Source: Bdellovibrionales bacterium (lineage in GTDB: Bacteria; Bdellovibrionota; Bdellovibrionia; Bdellovibrionales; DASUEL01). Taken from it: DNA of 12,124 nucleotides. Each line of letters opens with the position of its first letter. Position 1 is the first letter of the stretch. This document shows, piece by piece, positions 7,789 through 12,124 of the stretch. Made by a program: the position numbers and the translations under genes. The stretch spans positions 1 to 12,124 of the forward strand of contig JBFWOZ010000067.1 of the NCBI GenBank assembly GCA_050250255.1, in the 5' to 3' direction. Under the pieces are notes generated by a model. That model was given only the letters and a program-made list of their open reading frames with translations. It searched no databases and had not been told where the DNA came from.

Positions 7789-8553
7789 ATGCGAAGGTAC
7801 TGGATCGAAAAAGCACAAATTCAAACTTCTGAAGTTGGTGCACTCGTCAACATCAGTGGAGATCTCTTTCACCATCTAAAAGATGTATGCCGCATTGAAG
7901 AGGGCAGCGTTTTTGAACTTCTCTGCGGTGATCAAAATGGTTACGTGGTTCGCATGATGCAAACCCGTGGTAAGCAAGCGCAGGTAGAGATTATTGAAAT
8001 AAGAAAGATCGAAGCTCTGGGATTACCGCATTTGCATTTGGCTCTTTCACTTCCACGTTTTCAAAAGGTTGATGAGATCGTGGAAAAGTGTGTGGAGTTG
8101 GGGGTTAAATCGATCACCCCTTTTACCTCACAGTATAGCTTTGTGAGAAAAATCACCGACGACTTAAAATCTAAGCAGGAACGTTGGCAAAGAATCGTCC
8201 AAGCAGCGACTCGACAAAGTGGACGCGGAGATGTGATGGAAGTTTCAGATATGACGTCTCTCCAAGAGGTGCTGAAGAATTTTAACCGAAATCACAACGC
8301 GCATGGTCTATTTGCCTATGAGGGCGAAGGTGAAAAAGCCATTCGCCAAGCACTAGATGAGCTCAAGCCTCATTCGCCTCAAAACCTTTGGGTCTTCGTT
8401 GGAAGCGAAGGTGGTTTTTCGGAGGCAGAAGTGGGATTGTTTCGAGAACATGGGATGGTTCCAGTCTCTTTAGGAAGCCAAGTCCTACGGGTGGAAACGG
8501 CTTGCCTGGCTCTCATGAGCGTCATAAAGTATGAATTCGACCTCATGTCCTAA
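7789..8553 (+). CDS. rsmE: 16S rRNA m3U1498 methyltransferase
   Basis: HHLKDVCRI, IVEKCVELGV, SPOUT motifs VGSEGGFS and SLGSQVLRVETA; follows prmA. Confidence 0.95.
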   Translation: MRRYWIEKAQIQTSEVGALVNISGDLFHHLKDVCRIEEGSVFELLCGDQNGYVVRMMQTRGKQAQVEIIEIRKIEALGLPHLHLALSLPRFQKVDEIVEKCVELGVKSITPFTSQYSFVRKITDDLKSKQERWQRIVQAATRQSGRGDVMEVSDMTSLQEVLKNFNRNHNAHGLFAYEGEGEKAIRQALDELKPHSPQNLWVFVGSEGGFSEAEVGLFREHGMVPVSLGSQVLRVETACLALMSVIKYEFDLMS

Positions 8554-8575
8554 TGAAATGAGGTGGGAGGGGATT

Positions 8576-9331
8576 GTGGATAATTTTGACGAGTTTGAAT
8601 TTAAACCGATCACAGAGGGTTTAGGATTTCACAAAAAAGCTCAGCAAATGAAAAAAGAGAGTAGTACTCTCTCGAGTTCTTTCGCTGGTAAAAATCCTCC
8701 GCAAGCGCCTGCAAATTTAAAGACGAATACTTCGACGAAGTTTTCCATGAATCCAGGCATACAGCCAAACTATACGCCAACCAAACCTCAGGCACCGCTG
8801 AAGAAAAATCCTACGGCTCCGATTCAGGAAAAAACATCTATCCAGTATCAGATGCCAGAGGCAGATACTTTGGAAATCAAACAGCCAACGCACATTATTG
8901 AACCTTCAGAAAAAAATCCTACGGCGATTGTGATTCACGCGATTCTTTTTGATGGTCTCGTGGTTTTTGGTCTCACAGGTTTGTTCGCCTTCGTTGTGCT
9001 TCTTGTAGCAAAAGTAGATCCGCTCACTATCGTGTACATGCTTAGTCGTGATTGGATGACGGCAGTGAGTATGGGTGTACTTGTTTTTGCCGTCACCGAG
9101 CTCTACATGATTGTTTCACGTAGTTTTTTCGGCTCCACTCTTGGAGAGTGGGCGTTTGATACAGAGCTTGGCTCTCGACAACAGCAGCTTTCCGCTTTGT
9201 ATCCGCTGCAAGTGGTGATTCGTACTTTTGTAAATGTCATTACCGGCTTTATCTTTTTCCCAGCGGTTGCTGCGCTTTCTGGCGTAGATCTCGCGGGTAA
9301 GATTTCCGGACTTTATTTACGTCGCGGCTAA
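8576..9331 (+). CDS. RDD-family membrane protein with long cytoplasmic N-terminal linker
   Basis: Start reassigned to GTG 8576, which follows a GGGAGGGG SD and avoids overlap with rsmE; P/Q/K-rich linker, then AILFDGLVV, TM segments, GSTLGEWAF and VIRTF motifs typical of RDD domains. Confidence 0.75.
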   Translation: MDNFDEFEFKPITEGLGFHKKAQQMKKESSTLSSSFAGKNPPQAPANLKTNTSTKFSMNPGIQPNYTPTKPQAPLKKNPTAPIQEKTSIQYQMPEADTLEIKQPTHIIEPSEKNPTAIVIHAILFDGLVVFGLTGLFAFVVLLVAKVDPLTIVYMLSRDWMTAVSMGVLVFAVTELYMIVSRSFFGSTLGEWAFDTELGSRQQQLSALYPLQVVIRTFVNVITGFIFFPAVAALSGVDLAGKISGLYLRRG

Positions 9332-9798
9332 TGGGCCAATTCACCACGCAAGAACAGCTTGAGAAAAAACTAAAAACTCTTCGTCAGGGTAAAAAAGTTG
9401 TTTTTACTAACGGCTGCTTCGATCTCCTTCACATCGGACATGTACGCTACCTCCAAGAAGCAAAATCTCTCGGAGATTTTCTGGTCATAGGTGTAAATGC
9501 AGACGCCAGCGTTCGAAAATTAAAAGGTCCCGAGCGTCCCGTACAAAACGAAACAGATCGCGCCGAAATTCTCGCCGCTCTAGAATGCGTTTCCTTTACG
9601 ACTCTTTTCACCGAAGACACTCCCGCCAATCTAATTCAACTCTTGCGTCCCGATGTCTTAGTCAAAGGCGGCGACTGGGCAGTAAAAGACATCGTCGGTG
9701 GCGACTTCGTCCAATCCTACGGAGGCTTAGTAAAATCCCTACCTTTCGTAGCCGGCCGCTCCACCTCCACCATCGTCGAAAAAATCTTAAAGCTCTAA
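9331..9798 (+). CDS. rfaE2: D-glycero-beta-D-manno-heptose 1-phosphate adenylyltransferase (stand-alone RfaE domain II/HldC)
   Basis: VVFTNGCFDLLHIGHVRYL (HxGH), VGVNADASV-type motif followed by LKGPERP, LVKGGDW, GRSTSTI; TAATG overlap with the RDD gene. Confidence 0.93.
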   Translation: MGQFTTQEQLEKKLKTLRQGKKVVFTNGCFDLLHIGHVRYLQEAKSLGDFLVIGVNADASVRKLKGPERPVQNETDRAEILAALECVSFTTLFTEDTPANLIQLLRPDVLVKGGDWAVKDIVGGDFVQSYGGLVKSLPFVAGRSTSTIVEKILKL

Positions 9799-9982
9799 GT
9801 ACAATGTCGCTGAGGTAAAGTGGGAACCCTTGCTCTTTCGCATCAGTCTTCGCTCATACCCCTTTTCTTTTGCGTATTAAGAGAAGACGCTTGTGGAATT
9901 GCATAAAGGTTTTCGGATTATTCCAAAGACACAATGTTCATTTGCGAGAACCGACACGCGAGAGCAAAAATGTTTCTTAGTC

Positions 9983-10098
9983 TGTAAGCTTTAGGAAACT
10001 TTGTGCAAAAATGAGTTCCGCAGGCGCGCTTCGTATCGAAGATACGAACGCGACGAGGACTGTCTGAAATTTTTGTGCGAAGTTTCATAAAGCTTACA
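9983..10098. repeat. 116-nt long inverted-repeat hairpin element (MITE/REP-like element or structured RNA)
   Basis: 30-nt arms 9983-10012 and 10069-10098 (26 WC pairs, 3 G-U, 1 mismatch on +); inner hairpin CGCG-c-TTCGTATC-GAA-GATACGAA-CGCG (10025-10052). Confidence 0.8.
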
Positions 10099-10142
10099 AC
10101 CCAAGGTCATATTGAAAAAATGATTTAGGGAATTCTTTGGGA

Positions 10143-10874
10143 TTAGAAGCGGACGCCGAGTTTTCCGTTGTAGACAGCTTGCGTGTATTGGTCGATTTGA
10201 AGGGCGATGAAGTAAGGTTCGATGTCGATGGTTCCGCCGACAAAAGTGTGTAGCTGATTGATGGTGTTGGATTCATCGATGCGACTTGAGGTGATCTCTC
10301 GAGAGAATTGTGCCGTTGAACCAACGGGCCCACCACCGACATACATGGCAAAGCTACTGACATTTAAGCCAGCCACGAACTCAATACCCATTGATTGGCT
10401 TAAAAATACGTTACCGACATTGGCACTATTTGCGTGAATAAGAACAGAAAACGATGCGGGAATAAAGGCGGCTTGATGAAAACAATAGCGAAGGATGCCT
10501 CCATACTCTGAAAAACCTGTATTCTGTGTGTAAGGGATAAAATGGAGAAACATATCGAGATTGTTGTAAAGCCCCTTACCCACACTGATCTTGCCGTAAT
10601 TAAAATCTTTTTCGCGTCGTGTGGTAGCGCCTAAGCGGCCGATATCTTCTGTATTGATGTGTTCGACAGAAACGCCGATCTCAACGCCGGAATAACCTCC
10701 GAGCGGGTAAGGATCAGAAATGAGTCGGCTGCTTGTGCCAAGCCCGAGAACTTCTGTTACGCGTGTACGATCTTCAAAGCTTAAATTTGTGGGAAGAGAA
10801 ATCGCCGCAAAACTTGTTATCGAAAACAAAACGATCGTTACGCTAAAAGTGAATATTAAGAACCGATTCCTCAT
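10143..10874 (-). CDS. Probable outer-membrane beta-barrel protein, unknown function
   Basis: Signal peptide (...ITSFA); Gly/aromatic-rich amphipathic strands; C-terminal KLGVRF with terminal Phe (BAM-type signal). Confidence 0.75.
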   Translation of the reverse strand: MRNRFLIFTFSVTIVLFSITSFAAISLPTNLSFEDRTRVTEVLGLGTSSRLISDPYPLGGYSGVEIGVSVEHINTEDIGRLGATTRREKDFNYGKISVGKGLYNNLDMFLHFIPYTQNTGFSEYGGILRYCFHQAAFIPASFSVLIHANSANVGNVFLSQSMGIEFVAGLNVSSFAMYVGGGPVGSTAQFSREITSSRIDESNTINQLHTFVGGTIDIEPYFIALQIDQYTQAVYNGKLGVRF

Positions 10875-10880
10875 TTAGAA

Positions 10881-10909
10881 ATGGTAGAGAATAAGCGGAA
10901 TTCAATCAA
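10881..10909 (-). promoter_or_regulatory. Sigma70-type promoter placing +1 at the ATG (leaderless mRNA)
   Basis: TTGATT-N17-TACCAT-N6-ATG; no SD present. Confidence 0.6.
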
Positions 10910-10918
10910 GTAGCAAAG

Positions 10919-10942
10919 AGGCTAGAGATGAGTGTCTAGCCT
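10919..10942 (-). terminator. Intrinsic terminator of the 368-aa gene
   Basis: AGGCTAGA-N8-TCTAGCCT directly after the TAA, followed by CTTT on the minus strand. Confidence 0.6.
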
Positions 10943-12049
10943 TTAAGGAAGTGCGGCGGTCATAGCCGTGGTGTAGCGCTGAATGGAATCTAAAGCGACT
11001 TGTGAAGATTGTCGGACCTCAGGGCTAGCGTCATTTTGAATAAGGTCTTGAAGAATTGGAATGATGGTTCCTTTAAAGTAGGGGCCATGAGCTAAAGGAG
11101 CATCGGCGATGCGACGTTGACGGCCCGTCTTTGCATCTCGTAAGTGAATCTGAGCCGCTTTTGTAATAAGAAGAGATGATTCCATGCGAACTTCTACAAT
11201 TTCTGAATGAAGTCCCTGAGAAAGAATCGCGACACGGTTAAAATCTGTCGCGTAGCTGTCTAAGCTTTTCGCTATCTCTGCCCGTGTCTCTTCATTTTCA
11301 ACATCAGCTTTTGCTCCTACCAACATACTGTAACTTGCAAGCGATGGAGTGGCATTCAAAGCCTTCACGCCCTCGGTTTGTACTTGAGGATCTGAGCTCA
11401 AAAGCATTTCTTTTGTTAGAACGTAGAACCAATCCGGTGAACCGAGAGATCCTTTTTTATAAGACTCAACAAGCTTTTGTGTTTCAGCAGGATTTGCAGA
11501 GTAGACGATCAGAGTACGCCATTGTTCAAGTGTGATGAAAGACGGCTCTTCTTCAGCGATTTGTTTTTCCACATCTTTTTTAACAGGAATCGCAACGGCG
11601 ACAACGTTATCTACATATTCGTCTTGAGTTTTCCAACCATCACCTGTGTAGCGACGTGCTTTTTCTACCTGCGAAGGAGCTTTCACGATGACATTCTTAC
11701 GTTTTTGTTTCTTTTTTTGCGCGAGTTTCTTTTTCTTTTCTTCTTTTTGCTTTTTTGCGACGAGAGCGGCAATTTTCTTTAACGTCTCTTGGGTCTCTTT
11801 ACTTTCTACGACGGTCTTAATTTCTTCTGTTGTTTTAAAAGATCCCCATACTGGAACTGCGGGAGCTTTTTTTGCGAGTGCAGGAACTTTGAAAGTGGAA
11901 GCCTTCATGTCGAAACTAATCTCTTCGTTATCTTTGGAAGTGTCTCGAATTGGTTCAATGTCGACATTGCTTGCACGTAGGCTCATCCAAACCACAAACA
12001 GAAAGCTTGTAGCTACGGCTCCGATGAGTTTTGGGTTTTTCGCATCCAT
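10943..12049 (-). CDS. Membrane-anchored hypothetical protein with Lys-rich linker and C-terminal HEAT/ARM-like helical region
   Basis: AGGAG SD; N-terminal TM helix; KKQKEEKKKKLAQKKKQKRK tract; SSDPQVQTEGVKAL, IVEVRMESSLLI and DASPEVRQSSQVAL resemble HEAT repeats. Confidence 0.8.
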   Translation of the reverse strand: MDAKNPKLIGAVATSFLFVVWMSLRASNVDIEPIRDTSKDNEEISFDMKASTFKVPALAKKAPAVPVWGSFKTTEEIKTVVESKETQETLKKIAALVAKKQKEEKKKKLAQKKKQKRKNVIVKAPSQVEKARRYTGDGWKTQDEYVDNVVAVAIPVKKDVEKQIAEEEPSFITLEQWRTLIVYSANPAETQKLVESYKKGSLGSPDWFYVLTKEMLLSSDPQVQTEGVKALNATPSLASYSMLVGAKADVENEETRAEIAKSLDSYATDFNRVAILSQGLHSEIVEVRMESSLLITKAAQIHLRDAKTGRQRRIADAPLAHGPYFKGTIIPILQDLIQNDASPEVRQSSQVALDSIQRYTTAMTAALP

Positions 12050-12100
12050 GGCTTTACTCCTGAGGGGAGGAGAAATTCACTTCCCTCATCAGAACCTATC

Positions 12101-12115
12101 GCACGCTTTGTGCCA
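12101..12115 (-). promoter_or_regulatory. Sigma54 (RpoN) -24/-12 promoter
   Basis: Minus strand TGGCAC-AAAGC-GTGC: GG-N10-GC spacing, about 50 nt upstream of ATG 12049. Confidence 0.65.
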
Positions 12116-12124
12116 AAAATGAGA

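Noticed and set aside
8531..8575. ORF-track start of the RDD gene at 8531
   Set aside because: Overlaps the rsmE end and lacks an SD; GTG 8576 has a strong SD.
9983..10098. SRP (4.5S) RNA, 6S RNA or CRISPR repeat
   Set aside because: Lacks the SRP CAGG...GNRA...AGCA domain IV arrangement; short for 6S and without its large central bubble; no spaced direct repeats.
9661..10280. Replication origin suggested by the C-to-G skew switch
   Set aside because: The skew appears limited to a few hundred bases, and no DnaA-box cluster or origin-associated genes were seen.
8610..12122. Remaining short overlapping ORFs (8610-8795, 9447-9629, 9585-9818, 10094-10363, 10400-10585, 11284-11535, 11477-11782, 11688-12122, 11789-11980)
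   Set aside because: Shadows of supported genes; the Phe-rich ones are simply the antisense of the Lys-rich tract.

Overview
Bacterial chromosomal window, most likely from a Bdellovibrionota (Bdellovibrio-like predator), inferred from gene content and synteny. Left (minus strand): a compact four-gene operon, TadZ/CpaE-TadA/CpaF fusion ATPase > TadB > secreted YD-repeat (RHS-like, DUF6531-type) protein without a toxin tip > 85-aa secreted CxxC peptide. This matches, from memory, the order of the B. bacteriovorus 'hit' locus (Bd0111-Bd0110-Bd0109-Bd0108), but here the operon starts at the ATPase, with no flp/cpaB/secretin genes upstream. A divergent gene has a clean sigma28-like promoter and three GGA-loop hairpins (CsrA-type sites) in its 5' leader. 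Middle (plus strand): a secreted hypothetical protein, then prmA-rsmE-RDD-rfaE2. A 116-nt hairpin element lies in the convergent gap after rfaE2, and both flanking gene ends are strongly enriched in C-ending codons. Right (minus strand): a probable outer-membrane beta-barrel protein that appears leaderless, and a membrane-anchored Lys-rich/helical-repeat protein behind a sigma54-like promoter. No rRNA, tRNA, CRISPR array or transposase was seen. All calls are by eye; no searches were run.
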